DNA of 64,000 nucleotides from Promethearchaeota archaeon (lineage in GTDB: Archaea > Asgardarchaeota > Lokiarchaeia > Sigyniarchaeales > SOKP01), in the NCBI GenBank assembly GCA_019057865.1, contig JAHLWP010000014.1, positions 1-64,000 on the forward strand. The letters run 5' to 3'. A program made the translations under genes and the position numbers. The notes under the pieces are model-generated. The model made no database searches. It was not told the origin of the DNA and worked only from the letters and a program-made list of their open reading frames with translations. Shown here piece by piece: positions 1 to 9,455 of this stretch; position 1 is the stretch's first letter, and each line of letters starts with the position of its first letter.

Positions 1-230
1 ATAGAATAAGTCACAGTTCATTAGGATTCAGACTTTAAAATCCTTTGATACTGTTCTATATTTTAAAAATATTCACAAATAAATCATAAATTAGTTTATA
101 ATAATATAAATTATTTTGGAACAATTTTAGGTTTTATAATGCCAAATTTTTATTTATTTTACAATTTTGGCTTTTTTAAAAAAAGATTATGTTATATATT
201 ATTAACGGTTGCTAGATCCCTTTAACTATC

Positions 231-1235
231 TTATCGTTCCATAAGTCTCTTTCTTTTACGTGGCATACTCTCTTTATAACTATCTAACATTGCGTTGAAA
301 AGCTTCGGACCTAAGGATAATCCCCAGGTTGAGCCTAAATTTGATTCCCGATATTGAATCTCGTTAGGGACATCAAATTTATTTTTAATGTCTTCGAAAA
401 ATTTACGACTACCCGACCACAATCGTGATGTGCCCTCTTCTCCATCACCATCAAAACATCCAAGAAGGAATGGTAAATACAATTCACAAGGATTTAAACA
501 AGGCAATCTAATTTTTTTTGATTTTTTAGGAATCACACCATTACTTATTAAATCCCTTGCCATTACTTGATTTGCAAAGTGAATTCGGAAATACTCAACT
601 TCATATAATTTCCCTTCAATCTCTTGTAGTTCTTTATATCTATGTTTATAATCAGGATTTAATCCGAGAGTTCTTATGAATCTATCGATTAATTCTTCAT
701 CTTCTATTTTTATTTTTAACCCTATACGATAATAAGATCTATACTTATCAAATTCTTCTACAATGTATCCATCTGCATACATAAATCCCAGCCAGTATGC
801 CTTTTCATTAGTATCAATTGTTTCGAAAAATTCCTCTCTAAGATTCGGATGATATAATTTCGATCGATTGCTAGATCTTATTAGAAAATGTTTTGGTAAA
901 AAATCTTCATATTGTTCCAAAGCCTCTATAAGTTCTTTACTCATAATATGAGAAATTTCACTAAAATATACGGATAATATACCTTTAATTTGATCATATT
1001 TTTCTGGTGTAATATAGCCTTGTTTTCCTTTTCTAATATAATGATATTTTTTAGTGATATAATTCTCATTAAACCCAAGAAATTGTGATAATTTATCGTT
1101 ATTAATTTCAATCTCATGAATATTCTTAAATTCTTTCCTAATAGCTTCAATTAATATTACAGACGGATTACTGAATATGTCTCTATTTTCAGATCGGGGT
1201 CTACCCCCCGTTCTATTTGGTCTGAAGAATTCCAT
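231..1235 (-). CDS. Stand-alone double-motif LAGLIDADG endonuclease-like protein with N-terminal extension
   Basis: Motifs AYWLGFMYADGYI and PFLLGCFDGDG; no intein or intron context visible. Confidence 0.85.
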   Translation of the reverse strand: MEFFRPNRTGGRPRSENRDIFSNPSVILIEAIRKEFKNIHEIEINNDKLSQFLGFNENYITKKYHYIRKGKQGYITPEKYDQIKGILSVYFSEISHIMSKELIEALEQYEDFLPKHFLIRSSNRSKLYHPNLREEFFETIDTNEKAYWLGFMYADGYIVEEFDKYRSYYRIGLKIKIEDEELIDRFIRTLGLNPDYKHRYKELQEIEGKLYEVEYFRIHFANQVMARDLISNGVIPKKSKKIRLPCLNPCELYLPFLLGCFDGDGEEGTSRLWSGSRKFFEDIKNKFDVPNEIQYRESNLGSTWGLSLGPKLFNAMLDSYKESMPRKRKRLMER

Positions 1236-1623
1236 AATAATGACAAAATAACTGTTTAATTATTTAAAATTTAATTATAAAATTTGTTTTCAATAAAATT
1301 GATGAAGTTACTATTATATAAATTTTTGTAGGTAAACAGATTTTTAATTTACATTTTTTTCTTTTTATATAACTTAATAAACTTCGATTAATTTTGCCTT
1401 TATAAACATTTGGAATATCATTTATCATAATATGCATATTGGACATTTAATACTACTATAAAGTATTCAATACATGTTTTTTATGATTCAGCTTTCTAAT
1501 CTCTTTTTTTAAATACTAATTTATTGATAATTACAAATTATTATTAGAAGTCAAAAAATCTAATTCCTCTTATTCATTAAATACTTCAAAAATATTACTA
1601 ACTTAGACAAATTGAGATGCTAA

Positions 1624-1819
1624 ATGAAAAGAAAAGTTTCAATAAACCGAAGTAAACCAACTAAATGTCCTCATTGTAGCAAAGAAATTATTCCTTACTA
1701 TCTAGAAAAAAGTGAACAAAAAAAACATAGCAAAAAATTCTGATCCTGTAAATCCAAATATTTATTTAGATCTCTGTGGATGTCCTAACTGTAAAAAAGT
1801 GTTTATTATAGAAAAGTGA
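1624..1819 (+). pseudogene. Small zinc-ribbon protein split by a frameshift in an A8 tract
   Basis: ATG 1624 gives MKRKVSINRSKPTKCPHCSKEII...; removing one A from 1718-1725 joins NIAKNSDPVNPNIYLDLCGCPNCKKVFIIEK*, completing CxxC...CxxC. Confidence 0.6.
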
Positions 1820-1960
1820 AGTCTATGTGACACATTTCTTAATAAAATGCATTTAATATACAAAAACGATTTAAATCTTTAATATTCCATACTCTAATTT
1901 TATTAAGATATATCATTGAACGATTTTAAATTATTAATAGAATCATTTTAATTTCTAATT

Positions 1961-1980
1961 ATCAGTACTTGACTAAATAA
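1961..1980 (+). repeat. Left arm of perfect 20-bp inverted repeat
   Basis: atcagtacttgactaaataa is the exact reverse complement of 4900-4919. Confidence 0.9.
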
Positions 1981-2054
1981 ATAAAAAATTACTTTTATTC
2001 CTTAATCCCTTTATTTTTTTTTAGCACTTTTAAAGTACTTCTCTTTTCTTCAAA

Positions 2055-2273
2055 GGCTAATATGTTCGATTTGCCAAACTTGTCTAAATCGTCTTTGCTA
2101 AATTTTAAATTATATTCAGCACGTTCGAAAGCGTAGCTAAAATTTTCTTTCCATTATATCGGGGGCAACGGAAATCTGTCATTTTTCAATTAACGATCGC
2201 ATTATTTATAAATAATAGTATCTTAATATTAAAACGATATCTTTAAGAAAATTAAATATAGTGGTGTAAATCA
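2055..2273 (+). repeat. Duplicated non-coding leader, copy 1
   Basis: Colinear and highly similar to 3964-4179 (ggctaatatgttcgatttgccaaac...gtggtgtaaatca). Confidence 0.9.
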
Positions 2274-3350
2274 ATGCAGAAATCAAAAAAAAAATTTAAA
2301 TCAAATAAATTAAGGATCTTGCTGATTATTGTACTTATTTCAATACTTATCGTAATTCCAAATTTGTTAATAAGTATACAAAGAGATAGCGAAATTCCCA
2401 TTGAAGAGAAGAATCTTAACGAGATTATTAATACACGCCCGCCCCAAGAATCTTCTGTCTACTACGAAGACACGACAGGACGTGCACTTAGCGTTTACGT
2501 GAGCGGAGATTACGCCTACGTGGCGGATGAAGGTTCGGGCTTGGCGGTCATCGACATTTCCGACCCGACGAACCCGGGAACGCCCGTTTACGAAAACACG
2601 ACCGGACGGGCATATTACGTTTACGTGAGCGGAGATTACGCCTATGTGGCGGATGATGATTCGGGCTTGGCGGTAATTGACATTTCCGACCCGACAAACC
2701 CGGGAACGCCCGTCTACGAAGACACGACCGGATCTGCTTATGGTGTTTACGTGAGCGGAGATTACGCCTATGTGGCAGATTATGATTCCGGTTTGGCGGT
2801 CATCGATATTTCCGAGCCTATAGACCCGGGAACGCCCGTCTACGAAGACACGACCGGATATGCTTATGGCGTTTACGTGAGCGGAGATTACGCCTATGTG
2901 GCGGATTGGACTTCGGGCTTGGCGGTCATTCAAGTACGAAAGAGGGTTGATAATGAAGCCCCGATAATATCAAACGCTCCGAGCGATTTCAATGTGGAAG
3001 CGGGATATACAGGGCAGGGTATTTCTTGGACGGCAACTGATGCAAATCCAGACACTTATACGATCGAACTGCTCGGGACGGGAATAGTTGCAGGACCTAC
3101 TGTCTGGACATCTGGCGTAGCAATTACATATAACATCCCGGACGGCTTTTCTCCTGGTGTTTATACGTATAACATAACTTTTACAGACGAAAGTGGCAAT
3201 TCTATCTCGAACACAGTTACGGTAACTATTAAATCAATCCCTGGAGGAGCACTTCCTTTCGAATTAATTATTATAGCTTCGGTTATTGGTGGAGGAGCAG
3301 TAATAGGCGTTGCAGTCGTAATATTACTAAGAAGAAAGAGGAAAGAATAA
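2274..3350 (+). CDS. Membrane-anchored LVIVD-repeat protein with four 42-aa blades, a beta-rich domain and a C-terminal TM
   Basis: N-terminal hydrophobic anchor; repeats VYVSGDYAYVAD..SGLAVIDISDP; TM plus RRKRKE tail. Confidence 0.9.
   Translation: MQKSKKKFKSNKLRILLIIVLISILIVIPNLLISIQRDSEIPIEEKNLNEIINTRPPQESSVYYEDTTGRALSVYVSGDYAYVADEGSGLAVIDISDPTNPGTPVYENTTGRAYYVYVSGDYAYVADDDSGLAVIDISDPTNPGTPVYEDTTGSAYGVYVSGDYAYVADYDSGLAVIDISEPIDPGTPVYEDTTGYAYGVYVSGDYAYVADWTSGLAVIQVRKRVDNEAPIISNAPSDFNVEAGYTGQGISWTATDANPDTYTIELLGTGIVAGPTVWTSGVAITYNIPDGFSPGVYTYNITFTDESGNSISNTVTVTIKSIPGGALPFELIIIASVIGGGAVIGVAVVILLRRKRKE
2463..2930 (+). repeat. Intragenic 126-bp GC-rich tandem repeat, about 4 units
   Basis: Units start at 2463, 2589, 2715, 2841. 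Confidence 0.95.
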
Positions 3351-3376
3351 ACAAAACTAAAATCCTATAATTTTAT

Positions 3377-3775
3377 CTAACATTTTTTTTTATCGTATAT
3401 TTCTTTTGCGTTTAGAACTATATCTTTATATTCTTCGTTTGGTTCTCCGTTTTCTAAACGAATTTGACTAGTTTCATAAAAATCGTGAACCATTTCAACG
3501 ATATCGCTTAATTTCTTTAAATAATCTTCGAAATTTTTGTCGCACCCCTTTCTTGGAATGGTTATTACTCTTCTCTATACTATTTTGATAATCCCTCTTT
3601 CATTATTACTATTTTTAAAAGAAGATGTAAGAACTATTGGATAAACTAAGTCAGTTTTTCCTTTAAGGTCTCTATGATTTGTATGCATGACGAGAGCTAA
3701 TCTGTTTACATCGATGGACATTTTATCGAAACTGTTCACAGAAAAATTGAACACATGATTAACACTGAGACACAT
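3377..3775 (-). pseudogene. Hypothetical gene remnant with an in-frame TAG
   Basis: ORF 3575-3775 continues in frame past TAG as RRVITIPRKGCDKNFEDYLKKLSDIVEMVHDFYE...DKKKC*. Confidence 0.45.
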
Positions 3776-3963
3776 ATTATATACTGAGATTTACTAGAGT
3801 TATATTCCCTAATTTTTGAGATGTAAAAGAGTATAGTGATTATAAATAAAATTAAGGTTAGAACGAAATAAATCTCTAAAGAAAACATTTAATGCTTATT
3901 ATAATAATACTTTTTTAAAATACACTAATCGTTTAAGTGTCCGGACCTAAAACTAATCTAAAT

Positions 3964-4179
3964 GGCTAATATGTTCGATTTGCCAAACTTTTCTAAATCG
4001 GCTTGACTAAATTTAAAATTATATTCAGCACGTTCGAAAGTATCGTTATATTTTTCTTTCCATTATACCGGGGGCAACGGAGATCTGTCGTTTTCAATTA
4101 CAGATCACATTCTTTAAAAGTAATAGTATCTTAATATTAAAACGATATCTTTAAAAAAATTAAAGAGTGGTGTAAATCA
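3964..4179 (+). repeat. Duplicated non-coding leader, copy 2
   Basis: Paralog of 2055-2273. Confidence 0.9.
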
Positions 4180-4822
4180 ATGCAGAAATCAAAAAAGAAA
4201 TCAAAAAAAAATAAAGATCTTGTTGATTATTCTACTTGTTTCAATGTTTATCGTAATTCCAAATTTGTTAATAAGTATACAGAGAGATAGCGAAATTCCC
4301 ATTGACGAGAAGAAGCCTAACGAGATTATTAATACACGCCCTCCCCAAGAATCTTCTGTTTACTACGAAGACACGATAGGATATGCATATAGTGTTTACG
4401 TGAGCGGAGATTACGCCTATGTGGCGTATGATTCTTCCGGCTTGGCGGTCACCGACATTTCCGACCCGACAAACCCGGGAACGCCCGTCTACGCTGACAC
4501 GATCGGATCTGCACATAATGTTTACGTGAGTGGAGATTACGCCTACGTGGCGGATGGTCCTTCCGGCTTGGCGGTCATCGATGTTTCCGACCCGACAAAC
4601 CCGGGAACGCCCGTCTACGAAAACACGACTGGAAGGGCAATTAGCGTTTACGTGAGCGGGGTTTACGCCTATGTGGCAAATGGTTATGAGGGCTTGGCGA
4701 TCATCGACATTTCCATCCCTATAGCAATTCCATTTGGTAATTCTTTCTTGATATTCATTGGATTTAGCGTAATTTGCTTAATTTTTACCAAAAAACGCCA
4801 GATCGTTCGTGAATCCAGATAA
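4180..4822 (+). CDS. Second LVIVD-repeat protein (3 blades, IPFG+TM tail); homologous start frameshifted at an A9 tract
   Basis: ATG 4180 (MQKSKK) matches 2274; A9 at 4203-4211 puts it out of frame and A8 would restore it; TTG 4220 is an alternative start; repeat units at 4364, 4490, 4616. Confidence 0.8.
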
Positions 4823-4848
4823 TAAATCAAAAATCCAACAAATTAACA

Positions 4849-4885
4849 TTAACACCTTTAGGTGTTAAAGAAATTTTTTTTCTTT
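4849..4885 (+). terminator. Hairpin plus T-tract after the second LVIVD gene
   Basis: ttaacacc-ttta-ggtgttaa (4849-4868) followed by T runs. Confidence 0.5.
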
Positions 4886-4899
4886 TACTTCTTCTCTTA

Positions 4900-4919
4900 T
4901 TATTTAGTCAAGTACTGAT
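4900..4919 (-). repeat. Right arm of perfect 20-bp inverted repeat
   Basis: ttatttagtcaagtactgat. Confidence 0.9.
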
Positions 4920-4986
4920 TATCATAAAATCCAAATGAAACGATTCAAAATTTTCATTTCCATTATCATATATAATTATTAATCCA

Positions 4987-5542
4987 TTATTTTATCCTAT
5001 TTTTTATAATATTAAAGGATGGCAATTTTTTATATGTAATTCTAACCTCACCTATTTGCATTTTATGTTCAGAAATACCCTCTGCAGATTCATAAGCATC
5101 TACAAAAGCTTGCCCATATAAAGGTTGTTTTTCAAAATTTGGAAGTTCACTTAATTCCATTATTTTAAGATCTCCAAATGCAATAGCACATTTAGTCATA
5201 AATTTAATATCAACATAATTTTCATAACCTGAACTAGGAATAAGAAATTCCTTATTCAATTTAGAAACGATTTTTAGAATTTCACTAAGTCCTTTGATTG
5301 ATTGTTCAGAATCGATTTCTTGAATATTTTTTTTAAAGTAAATAATTCCTGTATCGGAAAAAAAAAGTCCATGGAAAATTCCTTTTTTTTTTTAAATTCT
5401 CTATACCCAACTGCATAAAATCTTGTAAGAACTTTAAGTCCCATTTCATGTCTAATATATTTTTTAAACCCAGAGATATCAAAATATGCAATCCAAGTCT
5501 TTCCTCTAAAATTAAATTTATTTTCTTCGATAAATTAATCAC
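4987..5542 (-). pseudogene. Frameshifted class III nucleotidyl cyclase-like gene
   Basis: Joined frames give TWIAYFDISGFK...HGLFFSDTGII...KCAIAFGDL...LYGQAFVDAY; breaks near the start and at T11 5383-5393. Confidence 0.65.
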
Positions 5543-5628
5543 TTCATGCTTATTTTTTCTTGCTTGTAGTTGAACAAGTTAACTTTCCTAATTTTTATAT
5601 GTATAGTTTGTAATTTCAATGTCTCTTA

Positions 5629-6768
5629 TTAATTTTCAAATATTAATACACAGTTTCCCTGAGAACATATCCCGTTCATTCCATAAGCTAAACCAATCTT
5701 TGCGTTAGGAACTTGTCTTTTATCTGCCTTACCCTTTAATTGTAACGCAATTTCAGCTACTCTAATTAAACCATTTGCCATTATGGGATTACTTGATAAC
5801 ACTCCTCCAGAGGGATTTACTGGAATAGAACCATTCATCTCTGTTTCCCCTCCCTCTATAAATTTACCACCTTCTCCAGGAGCGCATAACCCTAGTGCTT
5901 CGTAAATCATTAATTCGTGAGTACTGAAGTTTTCGCTTACTTCACAAACATCTATTTCTTTAATAGGATCAGTAATACTCGCCATTTTATAAGCTTGTTT
6001 AGCGGCTAATTCTAAACCTACCAAATCCGTCATGTTCCTATGTCCTAAATAATACGCATCAGTACAACTTCCATAACCATTAAGCCAAACAGGCGTATCT
6101 GTCATCTTTTTAGCTATATCTTCTTTTGCTAATAGCATAGCAACTGCTCCATCTGAAAATGGAGGAAAATCTAGTTCTTTCAGAGGATACGCCATTATCT
6201 TAGAATTAAGTACATCTTTAATTGTAATTCCTTCCCGTAAATGCGCGTAAGGGTTGTTGAGGGCATTTTCTCGATTTTTAACCACAACCATAGCAGCTTG
6301 TTCTTCAGTCACACCGTATTTATTCATATACATGTTTGCCATTAAACCAGCAGATGAAATTTGATCAAGACCTAAGTGCCTTTGATAATAAGGATCAAAG
6401 ATAGAGTTATTTATTAGGTACTGATTTCCTTCAGAGCACTTACAATGTGATACTACTAGTACAGTATCATAATATTCTGATAGGATTCTCATAGCTCCAT
6501 AAATATATGCAAAAGCACCATCACCAGAAACTCTAGATTCTGATTTTCTCACAGCTCCTACAGCATCTTGAATTGCCATATTAGCGATTGTACGTCCATC
6601 ATTGAAATCATTGGAACTAGTTATTACACAACCAACATCATCATTTGTAATTCCTAAGTCTTCATGAAGTTTTTTTACCACCTCGAATACAAGCTCTGAA
6701 TATGTTTGATCAATTTTATCCGCTTCATATTTAGTTTGAGCTACTCCCACTATTCCTATTTTTTCCAT
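5629..6768 (-). CDS. Thiolase-superfamily protein, SCP2/Ltp3-Ltp4-like
   Basis: IGIVGVAQTKY, FSDGAVA, VNPSGGVLSSNP; likely start MEKIGIVG at 6768. Confidence 0.9.
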   Translation of the reverse strand: MEKIGIVGVAQTKYEADKIDQTYSELVFEVVKKLHEDLGITNDDVGCVITSSNDFNDGRTIANMAIQDAVGAVRKSESRVSGDGAFAYIYGAMRILSEYYDTVLVVSHCKCSEGNQYLINNSIFDPYYQRHLGLDQISSAGLMANMYMNKYGVTEEQAAMVVVKNRENALNNPYAHLREGITIKDVLNSKIMAYPLKELDFPPFSDGAVAMLLAKEDIAKKMTDTPVWLNGYGSCTDAYYLGHRNMTDLVGLELAAKQAYKMASITDPIKEIDVCEVSENFSTHELMIYEALGLCAPGEGGKFIEGGETEMNGSIPVNPSGGVLSSNPIMANGLIRVAEIALQLKGKADKRQVPNAKIGLAYGMNGICSQGNCVLIFEN

Positions 6769-6969
6769 TTTTCTATTATCTCCGCTTATTATTTCTTTTT
6801 TTGTCAAGATAATTAATATATTTGATATGAGTTGATGGAATATAAAATCTTTTACCTTCAAAATGTCTTATACAATTAAGTTAACTAGTTTGACAAAAAT
6901 ATAGATAAAGCTTTACATAAATAATTCATTTCTCGTATATATCATAATTTTATAAAGATTTAAGTAAAA

Positions 6970-7785
6970 ATGAGTATTGAAGATTTCGAGGATATTCTTT
7001 ATGACAAGGAAGATAATGGTATCTGTACAATAACAATTAGTAAACCTGAAAGAAGAAATGCAGTTACCTATATTACTTTTATAGAGATATATAAAGTCTT
7101 GGAAGACATGGAAAAGGATAAAAATTCAAAAGTTCTAATTATAACAGGAGATCCAAAGGGCAACGCTTTCACTTCAGGTGGATATTTTAAAAAAGAAATG
7201 TTTCCTAAAATGAAGAAATATCCAGAAATTGATCTCATGGATATCGCACAGAAAAAAATGTGTTTAAAATTCTGGGATTTTACTAAACCCGTTATTGCTG
7301 CCATTAATGGAATGGCTATAGGAGGAGGTGTGACAATGCCTTTAGCTGGAGCAGATCTTATTTATATGTCTGAAGATGCTTGGTTTGGTTTTTATTTTAG
7401 CAGAAGAGGCATAATTCCCGAATTTGGAGCTACTTTCATATTGCCCTTTTTAGTTGGATTTCAAAAGGCTAAAGAAATATGCTATTTTGGTCAAAAAATT
7501 ATGGCCCAAGAGGCTTATGAATTAGGGATTGTTAATAAAGTGCTTCCTAACAATGAATTAATTTCGTATGCTAGAGAAATTGCTTTAAGGCTTATTCCCC
7601 CCAAAGGGGCAAGTTTATCAATAAAATTAATGAAAAAAACTATGCATGCCTACTTTAAAGATATTTTAAGTAAAACCTTGGATTTAGAAAATAAAGCGCT
7701 AAGAAAGCTTTTTGCTTCTCATGACTTTAAAGAATCAATGACGGCATTGAAAGAAAAAAGAGATGCGATTTTTATAGGACGCTAA
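6970..7785 (+). CDS. Enoyl-CoA hydratase/isomerase family protein
   Basis: KPVIAAINGMAIGGG, RGIIPEFG. Confidence 0.92.
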   Translation: MSIEDFEDILYDKEDNGICTITISKPERRNAVTYITFIEIYKVLEDMEKDKNSKVLIITGDPKGNAFTSGGYFKKEMFPKMKKYPEIDLMDIAQKKMCLKFWDFTKPVIAAINGMAIGGGVTMPLAGADLIYMSEDAWFGFYFSRRGIIPEFGATFILPFLVGFQKAKEICYFGQKIMAQEAYELGIVNKVLPNNELISYAREIALRLIPPKGASLSIKLMKKTMHAYFKDILSKTLDLENKALRKLFASHDFKESMTALKEKRDAIFIGR

Positions 7786-7898
7786 AGATTAAACATCTCT
7801 TTAAAAAAGTTTTACAATCATAAAAGTTTAAAAAATTATATGTTGAATTATAATAATATTTCTAATAATTAAAAATAAAACAATATAGGATAAATATT

Positions 7899-9452
7899 AT
7901 GGAAGGAAAAGATTTTGATAAAAATCGAGTTATTTCGAGTTATCCAATTATAGTCATTGGCGCTGGTCTAGGTGGATTGGGTGCTGCTTGCCAACTCGCC
8001 TACTTAGAGAAAAAAGTCTTATTACTCGAAAAACATAATGTTCCTGGAGGTTTTGCAACTTCATTTGTTAGGGGACGATTTGAATTTGAAGGAGCTCTAC
8101 ATGAATTAAGTGATCTTGGTACGGAAGCGAACCAAGGGAGTTTATACCGTTTTTTAGAAAGACTTGGAGTAATTCCTGATAAAATTCAATTTAAACAAGT
8201 CCCAGAATTTTATCGAAGTGTATTTCTAGATGGATACGATGTTACAATGCCTATTGGTGTAGAAGAATATACTAATATGCTGATTGAATTATTTCCTTCT
8301 GAAAAGAAAGGAATAGAAGAATTTATGGAAATGTGTAAGGCAGTGTTAGAAGGGATTAAATTTATTGTTCGTAAAAGGGGCAAATATTCCGCTGGAGAAG
8401 TTTTAAAGGAACATCCTTGGCTTGCTCGCGTATCAGGTCTTACATTAGCGGAAGTATTTGAAAAATTTTTTACCAATAAAAGGTTAATGGCCCTTATAGC
8501 ACAATTATGGGGTTATCTGGGGTTACCACCTCATAGAGTCAATGCCTATGCATTTTTAGCCATGTTAATAACATATCTAAAATTTGGGGCAGCATTTCCT
8601 ATGGGGAGGTCGCATGCTTTTACAAGTGCCATGGTAAAATCTTTTGAGGAATTAGGCGGAGAGGTAAGGTATAATGCTCTAGTAGATCGCATACTAGTAG
8701 AAAATGGTAGAGTATGTGGTGTAGAACTTCTTAATGGTGATATATATCTTTGTGATGCTGTTATATCAAATGTTAATCCCATCTGTACTACAATGAAAAT
8801 GCTTCCAGAAGAAGTTGTACCAGAAAGTTATAAAAAACAGATCTATGCTCCTGAAATAGGACCTTCAGGATTTTCAGTTTATATAGGACTTAACGCCTCA
8901 TATAAAGAATTAGGGCTTAATGCTCATGAAACCTTCATTAATGAAACTGATGATCTAAAAAAAGCCTATGAGTCATTTACTAAACTCGAACCTCCTAAGT
9001 ATATTGTTGCTGCTTGTTATAATCATATTTATGAAGATATAAGTCCTCCTGGTACTACACAGCTGGTTCTTACTACACTTCAAATGGGTAAACTATGGCA
9101 AGGGATTTCGCCTGATCAATATCATAATATTAAGGATTATATTGCTGATAAAATGGTTGAGATGGTTAATGATACTATCTGCCCTAATATTAGAGATTAT
9201 ATAGAGGTAGCAGAAACAGCAACTCCTCTCACCTATTACCGCTATTCAAAAAATATAGAAGGCGCTATATATGGCTACACGCAAGATATTTTAAACGGTC
9301 CAACATTAAGATTAAAAAGTAGAGGTTCCATTCCGGGTCTATATCAAGTAGGTGCTTGGACTAATATTGGAGGGGGATTTTCTTCATCAATTCTTAGTGG
9401 AAGAATTGCCGCAGGTATGTATTTAAAAGATATACGAGAGGGGAGGTGGTAA
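7899..9452 (+). CDS. Phytoene desaturase/retinol saturase-like FAD oxidoreductase
   Basis: IVIGAGLGGL, LEKHNVPGG, ATPLT...GAIYG, GLYQVG. Confidence 0.88.
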   Translation: MEGKDFDKNRVISSYPIIVIGAGLGGLGAACQLAYLEKKVLLLEKHNVPGGFATSFVRGRFEFEGALHELSDLGTEANQGSLYRFLERLGVIPDKIQFKQVPEFYRSVFLDGYDVTMPIGVEEYTNMLIELFPSEKKGIEEFMEMCKAVLEGIKFIVRKRGKYSAGEVLKEHPWLARVSGLTLAEVFEKFFTNKRLMALIAQLWGYLGLPPHRVNAYAFLAMLITYLKFGAAFPMGRSHAFTSAMVKSFEELGGEVRYNALVDRILVENGRVCGVELLNGDIYLCDAVISNVNPICTTMKMLPEEVVPESYKKQIYAPEIGPSGFSVYIGLNASYKELGLNAHETFINETDDLKKAYESFTKLEPPKYIVAACYNHIYEDISPPGTTQLVLTTLQMGKLWQGISPDQYHNIKDYIADKMVEMVNDTICPNIRDYIEVAETATPLTYYRYSKNIEGAIYGYTQDILNGPTLRLKSRGSIPGLYQVGAWTNIGGGFSSSILSGRIAAGMYLKDIREGRW

Positions 9453-9455
9453 TTG

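Noticed and set aside
1264-1446. 60-aa ORF
   Set aside because: AT-rich, no motif or ribosome site
2367-2933. 188-aa antisense ORF (and 4268-4516)
   Set aside because: By-product of GC-rich coding repeats on the plus strand
2463-4715. CRISPR array or classical DGR
   Set aside because: Repeats are in-frame coding units without spacers; no RT or template seen and changes are not adenine-specific
5333-5542. 69-aa ORF from the track
   Set aside because: Mostly the wrong frame of the cyclase-like pseudogene
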